Shown in pieces: positions 10,203 to 19,925 of a DNA stretch of 64,000 nucleotides; the first letter of the stretch is position 1, and each line of letters starts with the position of its first letter. The stretch comes from Candidatus Latescibacterota bacterium. Its GTDB lineage: Bacteria; Latescibacterota; UBA2968; GCA-2709665. A model generated the notes under the pieces. That model worked only from the letters and a program-made list of their open reading frames with translations, was not told the origin of the DNA and did no database searches. A program made the position numbers and the translations under genes. The stretch covers positions 3,584,001 to 3,648,000 of the forward strand of contig OZ244744.1 of the NCBI GenBank assembly GCA_965219455.1, read 5' to 3'.

Positions 10203-11345
10203 TTACCGATTCCCATTCTCGCCCGCCAGGATCGTGACCGCTTCGACCAGCGTATCCAACTCCGAATTGCTGGTGTAGAACGCCACCGAAATCCGCACAC
10301 CGGATGGTTCGTTGATGTTGGTAGCCCGTTGGGCGATTTGCCAGCGGTTCCGGAGTGCGTCAGAAACTTCGTTCCCTTCCATGCCCTCGACAGCGAAAGC
10401 GACGATGCCGGTCCGGGTTTCGACGCGGCGTGATCCGATGACCCGCACGCCGGGAATGGCGTCGAAGCGTTCGCGCAGCGATTCCGCTTTTCGTCCCGCC
10501 TCCATGGCGATGGCCCGCGGCCCGCCGATGCCAGCCAGAAAATCGAGACCCGCGCCGAGACCCGGGTAGAGCGCACTCGCCGGCGTTCCCGTCTCGTACT
10601 GCCGGGCCGTACCATCGGGAGCGTGCGGTCGCCGCAGCGGCTTTAAAACTTGCTGCGCGCCTTTCCTGACATAGAGAAATCCAGTACCCATCGGCGAAAG
10701 CATCCACTTGTAGCAATTGGTGGCGTAGAAGTCGCAGCCTATTTTATGCAGGTCCACCGGAAACTGCCCGACGGCCTGGCAACCATCCCAGAGCGTGAGA
10801 ATGCCGCGGGACCGCGCCAGCTCGCAGATCTCGCGGGCGGGCAACCGGGTCCCCCAATCCGTCGTGACATGGCTGAAACAGATCAGCCGGGTACGAGGGG
10901 TGATCGTTTGCTCCAGTCGGCCCAGAAAAAGGTCTCTATCCTGGTCGATCTCGACCACCTTGACGATCGCCCCTTCCCGGTCCGCCAGACCCTGGGCGGC
11001 CTGAAGGGGTACCGGATGTTCCTCATTGGTAATGAGAACCTCGTCTCCCGGTTGCCACCGCAGCCCGCCGAGTACCATACCGTACCCTTCGCCGGTGCTC
11101 ATCGTCAACGCGATTTCCCCTGCATCGGCACCAAAGAAGCCGGCGATTTTGGCCGGCAATTCGGCTTCGGCCTCGGCCATTGCGATGTACCAGTCGTTCG
11201 TACTGATGCTGCCGCTGCGCAACTGCTGATAGCCCTCGGCGACGGCCTTGTTCACGCTGACCGGTGACTGACCGATTCCACCGGTGTTAAGGTAAACGCC
11301 GTGTTTCAGGCCCGGCATTTGGCCGCGAATCCCCGCGATATCCAT
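10203..11345 (-). CDS. Class V PLP-dependent aminotransferase (cysteine desulfurase / isopenicillin N epimerase-like)
   Basis: YLNTGG, EEHP, SHVT, DGCQAVG, DFYATNCYKWMLSPMGTGFLYVR (PLP lysine), RISVAFYT. Confidence 0.92.
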   Translation of the reverse strand: MDIAGIRGQMPGLKHGVYLNTGGIGQSPVSVNKAVAEGYQQLRSGSISTNDWYIAMAEAEAELPAKIAGFFGADAGEIALTMSTGEGYGMVLGGLRWQPGDEVLITNEEHPVPLQAAQGLADREGAIVKVVEIDQDRDLFLGRLEQTITPRTRLICFSHVTTDWGTRLPAREICELARSRGILTLWDGCQAVGQFPVDLHKIGCDFYATNCYKWMLSPMGTGFLYVRKGAQQVLKPLRRPHAPDGTARQYETGTPASALYPGLGAGLDFLAGIGGPRAIAMEAGRKAESLRERFDAIPGVRVIGSRRVETRTGIVAFAVEGMEGNEVSDALRNRWQIAQRATNINEPSGVRISVAFYTSNSELDTLVEAVTILAGENGNR

Positions 11346-11638
11346 GGGCTTCCCTCTCTTCCTGACAACCGCATCAACGTGCCCTGCTCGCCGTCAAAGT
11401 GGCCGATATCGCATCTCGCATGCAGATCCGCGTCCTCCAGCGCATCCAGACGTTCGGCCATCTGCGTCTGAACGAGATGCCGGGGCTTCATCGGGATGTC
11501 CGCCTCAGCGAACATTTCCATGGGATCGACGTGACCGTGGTCGGCGATGGTGCCTGGCGCGTCGAACCCCCACTCGGTCGTCACGGTGGGGTCTGCTCCG
11601 CGTTCGAACAGATACCGGGCGAACCGTTTCATGCCCAA
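11330..11638 (-). pseudogene. Ankyrin-repeat protein fragment
   Basis: ARYLFERGADPTVTTEWG resembles an ankyrin repeat; sandwiched between an ATPase 5' remnant and the aminotransferase. Confidence 0.45.
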
Positions 11639-11663
11639 CCAGCCGGTTTCTCTGTTTGTTGCT

Positions 11664-11729
11664 GTCGGCCAAAGCCTCCCGGATTACGGGTTCCAGCTAG
11701 CGGGGAAACAAGGAACGGTTAGCGTCCAT
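11664..11729 (-). pseudogene. 5' remnant of AAA_14/DUF4143 ATPase
   Basis: Translates MDANRSLFPR*LEPVIREALAD, matching the start of 8441-9688 but with an in-frame TAG. Confidence 0.85.
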
Positions 11730-11800
11730 TTGTCGGATACATTAGCGGCCAATTGACGGTTAAAAAAGCGTCCATTTGTCGAATGAGAGCGACGTGACAA
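11721..11800. repeat. 23-bp-period direct repeat array, copy 3
   Basis: Units at 11721, 11744, 11767. Confidence 0.85.
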
Positions 11801-11898
11801 TCTAAAGGATCGGAACGCAAAGGTCAAGAGAAGAGTCTGTCAGCCGCGTCGAACAATGCTGCGAGCAGACGCTTGTTATTGTGCCACTGGAATCAAAA

Positions 11899-11930
11899 GA
11901 GACCCCGAAAGGATCGCGTTTCGGAGCCTC
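11899..11930. repeat. Conserved hairpin GAGACCCCGAAA-N8-TTTCGGAGTCTC (other copies at 20722, 22507, 25331, 27141)
   Basis: Imperfect inverted repeat seen five times, each preceded by a GCCACTGGAAT-like sequence. Confidence 0.8.
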
Positions 11931-12069
11931 GTTTTGAGTATCAATGCCTTGAATTGAACGAGAGGTGGTTGGATTCGGGCCTGGCGTCATCAACGATTAC
12001 ACTTATCGTTTTTCGCCTTGAGGCGACCTCCCATACCAGCACGAACTCCAGGCCGGGTATCGCGGAGGT

Positions 12070-12515
12070 CTTCAAGGATCTCATCGGCAGGGTGGGTTAT
12101 TCGGCTGCCGTTGACGTGCTGCCGCTCAGGTATCGAAACGTGCAAATCGCACGGGGATGATCCGATGCTGCAGTAGATCCTTCGTCGGCCTGGCGGCCTC
12201 CTCTGGATGACAGTTTCGCCGAAGGTGTGGGCTCAGCGGTTCGCCAATGGTTATCGCAACGCATGTCATTCTGAGCGGAGTCGAAGAATCTGCCGTCTTC
12301 TCGATTCGACGTGTAGCACATGCCCTTTGAAGACGAACCTGTGCGCGGACGCTTGGCCAGCCTTTCGGCCTCCTCTGCATAACATTCGGGCTACAGTGTG
12401 AAGGATACATTTCGCCAATGGCTGTGGACGATTTTTCCATCCGTATATTTCGCGCACTTTCGCGACTTTCGTAGTGAATCAAATCCGCTTTTGGTTAGGT
12501 GTGAGGTGATTGGTT
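12070..12515. repeat. ~450 bp non-coding repeat 'A', copy 1 (others ~25500-25937 and ~27310-27757)
   Basis: Near-identical sequence from TCTTCAAGGATCTCATCGGC to GGTGATTGGTT; contains REP-like AGATCCTTCG...GATGAC and GTCATTCTGAGCGGAGTCGAAGAATCT. Confidence 0.9.
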
Positions 12516-12940
12516 TCATGATCGCCCTTCTTCCGATTCTGCCAGTCGACTCTTGCCGGTTTCGGTGAGTCTGTATTTCTGCAACCGACTGTTGGGTTTT
12601 TCTGGAATTGTGTATTCGATCAGCTTGTCATCCATCAAGAGGCGAATCGCCTCGTTGAGCCGGCCCGATACGGATTTGTGGCCCAAACCGTTCGAAATCT
12701 CGGATCTGGACCTGGGAGTGTGTCGGAGTATCGATAGTATTCGTTGTTCTATGCCCTTTGCCCTCGATTTCTGCCTTGACTCTTGCCTTGACTCTTGCCT
12801 TGACTCTTGCCTTGACTCTTGCCTGACTCTTGCTTTAGCCCGGTGCGGGTTCCCACCTGTGACGTTGGCCTTTGGAACGTTGTCGTTACCCACGACGCTG
12901 AGACCTTGATCAACGGTTCTGGTACTCCGTGTTCGCGGCA
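12516..12940 (-). pseudogene. C-terminal remnant of AlbA_2/HATPase_c_4/wHTH regulator (Fic-like C-terminal winged helix), copy 1
   Basis: IEQRILSILRHTPRSRSEIS...LIEYTIPEKPNSRLQKYRLT; 4x12-bp + 1x11-bp tandem repeat at 12773-12831. Confidence 0.8.
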
Positions 12941-13031
12941 CGAACTGTACCAATTTCCAATGACGCGCGTTTCCTCAATGGCTTCGACTGGATCCCGCGT
13001 GCCTACCCCATCGGCGAGGTGTGCGATTGTC

Positions 13032-14000
13032 TCACGTCGCCAGTGTGAGTTGCCGAAGATCGTCGGACACCTCCATCTTTAAAACGTCAACGGTCGGATT
13101 TCCAGGTGTGGAAATCGCGAAGCGATATTCACTCTGATATGCGAACTCCGTTCGCTTCGTGAACCAGGCTCTCGGGGCACCGTGGATGTCCACCCAATCG
13201 TCTTGTGTCTCAATTACTCCAGATTCGTCCTCGTAGTGAACGGGGCCGTGATAGACCCGCACAAACGTGTCGATGTTCTGAACTCCTTCTTGTTTCCACA
13301 AGTTGTTACTGTAATTGGATCTGGCGTAAGTCAGAATGTCAAGAGCGTCCAGCTTGAGGTGTTTGCCCTTGTCGATCTGCAAAGCAAAGTCAACACCCAA
13401 CCACATTGCGAAACCATCTACATCCTTAATCTCGGTAGCCGCGTCGTAGTCATATTCGTCTGAAAACGTGGATCTGAGTTGTCTATACTCGCGATCGGAT
13501 TGGAGATGTGAAGTACAATATACCCACGGTTCGCTGTCTGACGAAAACACAGCGCTCCCCTCAATGCTGCCGTGTCCGATACGATTGCTTATCAGGGGTC
13601 CGATGTTTCTTGTGAGTGTGCTGTCATACGGATCTGCGATTCCTTTCGGTAGCCTCTCTTGATCACGATAGTAGGAGGGCGTGGCCAGCCAGATTTCCTT
13701 GGAACGACACGGTGCGTGACACCGATTCGATAATTTCACCACCTTCTCGACGTTTCGCTGGAATCCTGTGCGATAGTCCACACGGTAGACGTAGATAATG
13801 TGATATTGCTTTCGTTCGACATCCAAAACAGCGAAGGCGTCGGCGATCTTTGGAGCCGGAAATGCAGAACATCGATTGCCCGTTGCTCGGCGCGTGATTT
13901 CCCTGTTCGCGTCGTCAATTCGCTCCAAGACGTCCGCAGGTTCCCGAATGATCAAAACCCCATTTGACCGACGCCAATATTCCTGACCGTTTGAATCCAT
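13032..14000 (-). CDS. Hypothetical protein, DUF2971-like C-terminal motifs; paralog of 28226-29194
   Basis: 322-aa ORF conserved with its paralog; WVYCTS, GPVHYED, FTKRTEFAYQSEYRFAI. Confidence 0.7.
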   Translation of the reverse strand: MDSNGQEYWRRSNGVLIIREPADVLERIDDANREITRRATGNRCSAFPAPKIADAFAVLDVERKQYHIIYVYRVDYRTGFQRNVEKVVKLSNRCHAPCRSKEIWLATPSYYRDQERLPKGIADPYDSTLTRNIGPLISNRIGHGSIEGSAVFSSDSEPWVYCTSHLQSDREYRQLRSTFSDEYDYDAATEIKDVDGFAMWLGVDFALQIDKGKHLKLDALDILTYARSNYSNNLWKQEGVQNIDTFVRVYHGPVHYEDESGVIETQDDWVDIHGAPRAWFTKRTEFAYQSEYRFAISTPGNPTVDVLKMEVSDDLRQLTLAT

Positions 14001-14109
14001 ATCCTATAGCAGTTTCGCGTTGTTCGGCCCTTCCTGTCCTGTGAGGTGCTCGGCAGGGAGGCGTAATCAAAGAGGTAGAAGCAAGCCCGCGAGCCCGATT
14101 GACATTCGA

Positions 14110-14340
14110 AATACTCTCCGCAAGGCGGAGTCGCCTGCCTGCGTCCGCAGAACAGGCAGCCAGAAGTGGATTCTCCGCGCTGATCCGTCGAACACCGTCA
14201 TCGCCGGGATTGACGCACGGTTTTTGTTGTACGGGCGGTTCGCGAACCGCCCTTGCTCGATCCGGTCTCTGAGGTTGCGGTCCCTGAGCTTGTCGAAGGG
14301 TGTCGAAATGTCGAATGGCAGGCGCTGGCTGATGCGGAGG
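14110..14340. repeat. Cluster of REP-like palindromes (related copies ~22190-22450, ~24640-24830, ~25140-25290)
   Basis: GGGCGGTTCGCGAACCGCCC, CCCTGAGCTTGTCGAAGGG, shared spacer GGCAGCCAGAAGTGGATTCTCCGCGCTGATCCGTCGAACACC; other copies add ACTCCCCCTTGAGGGGGAGT. Confidence 0.8.
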
Positions 14341-14470
14341 GGGGATTCAAACGCCTTACCGAATGCAACCTGTGTCTCGTTCCACGCGATTTCGTAAGAC
14401 ATCGCCCAAGAGGTTTATTTGCTCGTGGCAAAATACCTCGAAATTCGAACAAATTCAATCGGTGAAATAG

Positions 14471-14500
14471 AAACACCCTCCTGGAAAGGAGGGTGTTTTT
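14471..14500. terminator. Intrinsic terminator, probably bidirectional; 5' exon target of the group II intron
   Basis: AAACACCCTCCT-GGAA-AGGAGGGTGTTT followed by TT. Confidence 0.88.
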
Positions 14501-14501
14501 G

Positions 14502-16377
14502 GTGTGCCGAGCATGATCGACAGCTTGGAGGTGGAAGTCCTCTACCCAGCCTGATGGCGGCGAAGGGTTAGCGAAGCGCAAGGGCGTCGTTGCGAGGCGT
14601 CGTCTGAAGGAAGCGCGTAGCAAAGGCGCGACCCGATGGACAAGAACCGGATAAGAGGCCTACCCGGCGGGACGAGCGAGCCAATGATCGCGAAGTCCAC
14701 AGCCATCAAGTGCCGGGGTGGTAAATCCGGCGGGTGTGCGCTGAAGGCGGTCGATCTTACCTCGGGAGGTCTGCGTCGTGTCCGGAAAGCCCGGACTGAG
14801 CGGTTCGTAAGGGCCGTGATCGCGGCGCAGAAGTCAGCAGAGGGCATAGTAGCCGGGGGACCGGCGAAGGCCCGAACGATGGACAGGACAAGTAGGACGG
14901 CACGCTCATGCGTACTATGCGGCAGAAAATCCAGTTGGAACTGGCCTTGGCGCCGGTGGCGAAGGGTGAAGCCCGGGCCGCCGTTGCTGAAGGGACCGAA
15001 GTGTGCGTGGCGCGTGCCGCCCCCGAACGCCCTGCGGCCGGGCTGGCCGTGTCGATGGAGGCGGTGGTCGAGCCCGGAAATTTGTGGAAGGCACTGAAGC
15101 GTGTACGGCGCAACAAGGGAGCGCCTGGCGTGGACGGGATGCGTGTCGAGGCGCTGGTGGGCCACCTGAAGGACCACTGGAGAGAGATCAGGTCACGCCT
15201 CCTTGACGGCAGCTACATCCCGCAGCCGGTGCGGCGCGTGGAGATACCGAAGGCGTCTGGCGGCGTTCGATTGCTGGGCGTGCCGACGGTGTTGGACCGC
15301 TTCATCCAGCAGGCGGCGATGCAGGTGTTACAGGAGGCGTGGGACGAGCGTTTTTCGGAGGCGAGCTACGGGTTCAGGCCTGGCCGCTCGGCGCATCAGG
15401 CGGTGCAGCGCGCGCAGGAGCATATCAGCGCGGGGTTCGCAATCGTGGTGGATCTTGACCTGGAAAAATTCTTTGACCGGGTCAACCACGACATCCTGAT
15501 GGGTCTGTTGGCCAAGCGCGTGGCCGACAAGCCTCTGCTCAAGCTGGTCCGTGGTTTTCTGACCGCGGGCGTGCTGGACGGCGGCCTGGTGAGCCCGGCG
15601 ACGGAAGGGACGCCGCAGGGCGGCCCGCTGTCGCCATTGCTGTCGAACCTGATGCTGGATGTCCTGGACAAGGAACTGGAGACGCGTGGCCACCGCTTCG
15701 TCCGCTATGCCGACGATTGTAACATCTATGTGCGGTCCCGGCGTGCGGGCGCGCGGGTAGAGGCCAGCGTGACCCACTTCCTGGCCCGGCACCTGAAGCT
15801 GACGGTCAACGTGGCCAAGAGCGCGGTCGACCGCCCGGTGGCGCGATCCTTTCTGGGCTTCAGCTTTACCGGGGGACAAACACCCCGGCGGCGCATCGCT
15901 GGACAGGCGGTGGCCCGGTTCAAGGCTCGGGTCCGGGAGCTGACGCGGGGCACGAACAGCGTCGGTCTTTCCCGCCTGACCACGGCGTTGTCCCGCTACC
16001 TTGTCGGGTGGCGGGGCTACTTCGGCTTCTGCGAGACCCCTTCGGTCTTGCGCCGCCTCGACCAATGGATCAGACGTCGGCTTCGCGCCTTCGTCTGGCG
16101 GCAGTGGAAACGCGGGCGCACTCGCTTTGCAGCGTTGCGCCGCCACGGCGTCGGTAAGGACCTGGCGGCGCAGACCGCCGGCAGCCCCCACGGACCCTGG
16201 CGGCTCAGCAACAGCCCCGCGCTGTCCATCGCCCTGACCAACGCCTTCTTCAACAAGCTCGGGCTCCCTTCCTTGCTGCCCGACTTGACCGCTTAAATCC
16301 GTCGAACCGCCGTGTACGGACCCGTACGCACGGTGGTGTGGGAGGGGCGGAGCCGTGAGGCTCCCCCCTATCCCGAT
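14502..16377 (+). mobile_element. Group II intron, class C (IIC)
   Basis: 5' GTGTGCCG at 14502 just after a terminator; domain V GAACCGCCGTGTACGGACCCGTACGCACGGTGGTGTG with CGC triad; domain VI ending CCTATCCCGAT at 16377. Confidence 0.93.
14908..16296 (+). CDS. ltrA: Group II intron reverse transcriptase/maturase, no endonuclease domain
   Basis: NKGAPGVDG, RLLGVPTVLDRFIQQA, SYGFRPGRSAHQA, DLEKFFDRVNHD, GTPQGGPLSPLLSN, RYADD, FLGFSF, maturase GWRGYF. Confidence 0.97.
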   Translation: MRTMRQKIQLELALAPVAKGEARAAVAEGTEVCVARAAPERPAAGLAVSMEAVVEPGNLWKALKRVRRNKGAPGVDGMRVEALVGHLKDHWREIRSRLLDGSYIPQPVRRVEIPKASGGVRLLGVPTVLDRFIQQAAMQVLQEAWDERFSEASYGFRPGRSAHQAVQRAQEHISAGFAIVVDLDLEKFFDRVNHDILMGLLAKRVADKPLLKLVRGFLTAGVLDGGLVSPATEGTPQGGPLSPLLSNLMLDVLDKELETRGHRFVRYADDCNIYVRSRRAGARVEASVTHFLARHLKLTVNVAKSAVDRPVARSFLGFSFTGGQTPRRRIAGQAVARFKARVRELTRGTNSVGLSRLTTALSRYLVGWRGYFGFCETPSVLRRLDQWIRRRLRAFVWRQWKRGRTRFAALRRHGVGKDLAAQTAGSPHGPWRLSNSPALSIALTNAFFNKLGLPSLLPDLTA

Positions 16378-16392
16378 TGAGTACTTGGACCT

Positions 16393-16764
16393 TTACGCTT
16401 GATTGTAGAGTTCAATAAGATATCTCGGTGTTTTTGGCGAATTAATGAGACCCAATTGAATACGTTCAAGAACTTCAGGTTGTACGGCGTCCTGTGTTTT
16501 CCCCCTTCGAAATGCCAAAGCTACTTTACAGTATTCACGACTTTCGGCGAGTCTGTAGTTAATATATGATTTATGATTGATAAAAGGATGGTCGCCAACA
16601 CATAGAATTGTTGTCTCATCGCAATGAGAGTTCCAAGAATTGACGTTGACAACTATGACATTTTTCTTGTCGCCCAAAGGTTCAGAAATTACAATAAATA
16701 AATGGGGTTTGTTACTGTAAAATGTGTCATGTAAAATTGCCGCACTGCCTGGTTTCAGGCACAT
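16393..16764 (-). CDS. PemK/MazF-like putative toxin
   Basis: KPHLFIVIS...VVNVNS...DETTILCVGDHPFINHKSYINY; directly downstream of a Panacea gene. Confidence 0.65.
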   Translation of the reverse strand: MCLKPGSAAILHDTFYSNKPHLFIVISEPLGDKKNVIVVNVNSWNSHCDETTILCVGDHPFINHKSYINYRLAESREYCKVALAFRRGKTQDAVQPEVLERIQLGLINSPKTPRYLIELYNQA

Positions 16765-16769
16765 ATTGC

Positions 16770-17321
16770 CTAGCCGAATATCCTCTCATGGCAAACTTGG
16801 GTATGTAGTTCTTCAACTGCTGATTTGATTTGTTCTTCATCATCCATTACGGCATTTAGGATACTATTGATTGAAATGGGTAAAGAACTACCGTTTGGAT
16901 CTTCATACTCTGTGAATTTATGTGTGATTTCGCAGAGATGATCAAAATCCAATTTTCCGTAAATCTCATAGAGCTCTTGGGCAAGTTCCTCTTCCGCCCT
17001 CGACATTAGACCGAAATCTGGCTTTTCCTTTTTAAGAAAAATGGTGTTATTCTTGCGCTCGTGGAAATATTCAGTCCAGAGTGGATCTTCTATTTCGCCT
17101 TTCAATATATCATAAGTCTTACTCACAACAGGACCAAAAGGCATCGAAACATATGAATCAAACGTCACTGCGTGACACCATCTTTTATAGGCTTCTCTGT
17201 CCATTATGTAAAGCAACTTAATCAATGTATACATATCCAATTTGCCGCCCGCCAGTTGAACCAGATAAGCAGCCACCACACAAGTCTTGTCGGAATTAAA
17301 TTTCGGTGGAAATATTGTCAT
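16770..17321 (-). CDS. Panacea domain (DUF4065/SocA-like) antitoxin
   Basis: LIKLLYIMDRE...TFDSYVSMPFGPVVSKTYD...LCEITHKFTEY...IS. Confidence 0.85.
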   Translation of the reverse strand: MTIFPPKFNSDKTCVVAAYLVQLAGGKLDMYTLIKLLYIMDREAYKRWCHAVTFDSYVSMPFGPVVSKTYDILKGEIEDPLWTEYFHERKNNTIFLKKEKPDFGLMSRAEEELAQELYEIYGKLDFDHLCEITHKFTEYEDPNGSSLPISINSILNAVMDDEEQIKSAVEELHTQVCHERIFG

Positions 17322-17787
17322 TGATAAAATACCCCAATTGTTGGCCGATATTTCCGAGTGTATCGGAGATTCATTTCACATCAGGAATATATTCAATAAT
17401 GAAAAACCGGGCAATAGCAAATCTTCCTTTGGCGGTCGAAATAGCAAGTCCCCGGCCAATTTTCCCGGGGCTTTCGGATGACTTCTTGGAGTTCAATTTT
17501 GTGCCAGTTTCAGAAAAAAAACGAATGGGAATGCCTTTGACATTTACTGTTCGGCCAGTATCCCATCAATACGAAAACCCCCTCTCCCACCCGTCAAGAA
17601 CAACATGCCCAGTGCAGATTTAGAGTTACCCCGATTTGGTGGACACTCATCTTCTTGTTATTTTGATGAGAAGACAAGAGGTTCATCACGCCACAAAGCC
17701 GACAAATGCAGACAGTTTCGCCTTATTTCCTAGAAAGCGTCGGGTAGGTTTTTACGGTAACCAGGACTCGTTGTTTGATTGCGTCGG

Positions 17788-18780
17788 TCAAAGGTGTCTT
17801 ACGCCGAGGGGGTGGAAGGGTCGAGCGTCTCCATTTGCAGGGTGGTTCTGATCGGTGATCTTTTCGAGCGCATTTGCGACGCAATGCCGATGGCACTGAC
17901 CGGCCTTAAGTTCGAAACAGGTGAGCGCTACGGACTCGCCTGACTTCACCCAGGTGCGGATTATTTCCAGGGAATCGCCTTGATTCGGCAGGATCGTCCG
18001 TTCATAGGTTTTGAACAGGCCTTTGAAATCCGCTTCCGTCTTAAGACCTCGGCGGCGCCAGGATTCAATTCCGAGTTCCGGAAGATGTTCATAACGAATA
18101 CCTACTCCTGAGCAAGCCCGTTCAAGTGTGGTCTTTGAGAAACCGTACTTGCGGCTGATTGCATTCCGTCTCACGTCACACAGTAGGGTCACGCCTCCAC
18201 GGATGAGCAGATTCAGGTATACTTCAATGGACCGCCCTTCGTAGCCGATCGTGAATAGCCGCGACAGTGTTGTTTTGGGACGAGTCGATTCAATCCGATC
18301 AAGTGTCCGCCGATCGTCCTGGAGGACCTGGTCTGCGATTTCACTGCGTATTGCATAAAACGGATACCGCCGATAGGTATCTGCAATTAGCGCATCCCCT
18401 CGCACGCTTCGATATCGATGCGCGAACGAACGAATCGAACTGTTTCCGGATTCTCGCGCGATTTGCCTTCCGTTCTCTGTGAGAACCCACTGTTGGTCGT
18501 CATCCGCAATCAGCCCCCATTCCACCAGGCGGCGTCGGTCGGCATAGCTGGTGAACGAGAACGCGCCAAAACGGTAGGGCACAAAGTCGTAAGGCCCTCG
18601 ACGTGTTTCAGTTGCCTGGTGTGACGAAAGCTCCTTACAATAGAGGAATAGAAGCTTCTGAAAGTCCGTATTACTTACGTCCCCGCCGATCGCGTCGGGC
18701 AACCCGAGTAAAAGGCGCTGGCGGCTGTAGAGACGCGGCAAACTTACTTCATTTGGTTGTCGTACTGGCACGTGTGCCAT
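17788..18780 (-). CDS. DUF488 domain protein with N-terminal helical/wHTH extension
   Basis: LFTIGYEGRS, LCDVRRNAISRKYGFSK, YEHLPELGI, ALTCFE....CHR. Confidence 0.88.
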   Translation of the reverse strand: MAHVPVRQPNEVSLPRLYSRQRLLLGLPDAIGGDVSNTDFQKLLFLYCKELSSHQATETRRGPYDFVPYRFGAFSFTSYADRRRLVEWGLIADDDQQWVLTENGRQIARESGNSSIRSFAHRYRSVRGDALIADTYRRYPFYAIRSEIADQVLQDDRRTLDRIESTRPKTTLSRLFTIGYEGRSIEVYLNLLIRGGVTLLCDVRRNAISRKYGFSKTTLERACSGVGIRYEHLPELGIESWRRRGLKTEADFKGLFKTYERTILPNQGDSLEIIRTWVKSGESVALTCFELKAGQCHRHCVANALEKITDQNHPANGDARPFHPLGVRHL

Positions 18781-18919
18781 TGGAATTGGTCCTGATCTGC
18801 CCAGCGCAATAGAGATGAAATCGGATACCCGGTTCGGAGGGGAAAGTGGATGTTGCTACAGCAAACCCTTCCTTGCGTCTCCACTTGGCGTGCGTGACCT
18901 TCCGCGCCTAGAAGATCAC

Positions 18920-19393
18920 CTACTCGACTAAATCGTCAATGACTTCTCGGACGTAGTCTCGCAGCCAGGGCTCCGGCTCATTATGAGACATCAGAACATC
19001 CACAATTTTCGCCCCGCCCCAGGATTCAGCCGCATGAACCGCCGCGTCCCTGATTTCAATATCGGCCGTTGCCAGCGCGTTGCGTACGACTCCGGCGCGC
19101 CAGGCAGCATTACCTATATCAGTTTGACGCCCAAGACAACGGAGAATCGATGACGCGAAACTCGGACGCTCAATGTCCAGGCACAAAGCGCCAAACTGCT
19201 CAAGAATGCGTTCGTCGCTGGTGGAACGTAGCGCATTTTCGATTATCTGATCAGCTGGATGGTCCATTCCGTCCTCAAAGGGCTCGGCGTCAAAGGCTGA
19301 GTACAGCGAAATTGCAAGCTTATTCTGTTTTTCAACCAAATGAGGATCACGTTCCACAGTTGTCCATTCGTATCTGGCTGCATCCACGAGCAC
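18920..19393 (-). CDS. Hypothetical protein with HEAT-like helical C-terminus
   Basis: 157-aa ORF; IEIRDAAVHAAESWG...EPEPWLRDY; true start uncertain. Confidence 0.55.
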   Translation of the reverse strand: MLVDAARYEWTTVERDPHLVEKQNKLAISLYSAFDAEPFEDGMDHPADQIIENALRSTSDERILEQFGALCLDIERPSFASSILRCLGRQTDIGNAAWRAGVVRNALATADIEIRDAAVHAAESWGGAKIVDVLMSHNEPEPWLRDYVREVIDDLVE

Positions 19394-19631
19394 TGAAAAC
19401 CTGCTTTCAGTTAACGGTGCGTCATCTCGAATTGCACTTCCCCCCTGGTACAGTCAAAACATAGTCACCATTGTCGACATCCGGAGCGATTCCGCTTCGA
19501 GGGATGTCGCGTGCGATGCATTTCCCCACGTGCCTAACCACCGAGCATAGGGGAACGAGCCCGATTGATCAGTTGTGCACAAGCTGTCGACATAAACGAA
19601 CGATGCCGAGGCGCGGGCAGTCGAGTGAGTT

Positions 19632-19925
19632 TCAGTTCGCATCGAGTAGCTTCCGCGCTTTATTAGTAATTGCGGCTTCAAACGTAACGAGCTGGACCAT
19701 AACCAGCTCGCTCTGCACCATAGCTCAATTTTGGCGGTTGTCCCCCTCGGTATTTAACGTGATGTCAACGACCTTCTGCTCCTGCGGTTTGCCGCGCTAT
19801 TCATCGCCGAGTCTGAGATAGAATTTGCAGGGAATGGTGAGATCCCACTCCTGACCCGGCGGGTAGCGAAACTCACAGAGCGCTTCCTCGATAGGTGGAT
19901 TCCTGTAGCGACGTCGTTGGTTCAT
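19632..19925 (-). pseudogene. TIGR04255-family remnant (N-terminus joined to C-terminus, two in-frame stops)
   Basis: Manual translation MNQRRRYRNPPIEEALCEFRYPPGQEWDLTIPCKF...DE*RGKPQ...QN*...FEAAITNKARKLLDAN*. Confidence 0.7.

Noticed and set aside
12126-12482. 118-142 aa ORFs in repeat A (also 25513-25941, 27368-27724)
   Set aside because: They run through REP-like palindromes, and an indel among the copies changes their N-termini; treated as non-coding.
14908-16296. Reverse transcriptase as DGR, retron or Abi RT
   Set aside because: It has group II intron RT and maturase motifs and lies within clear intron termini with domains V/VI; no TR/VR pair with adenine-specific differences was seen.
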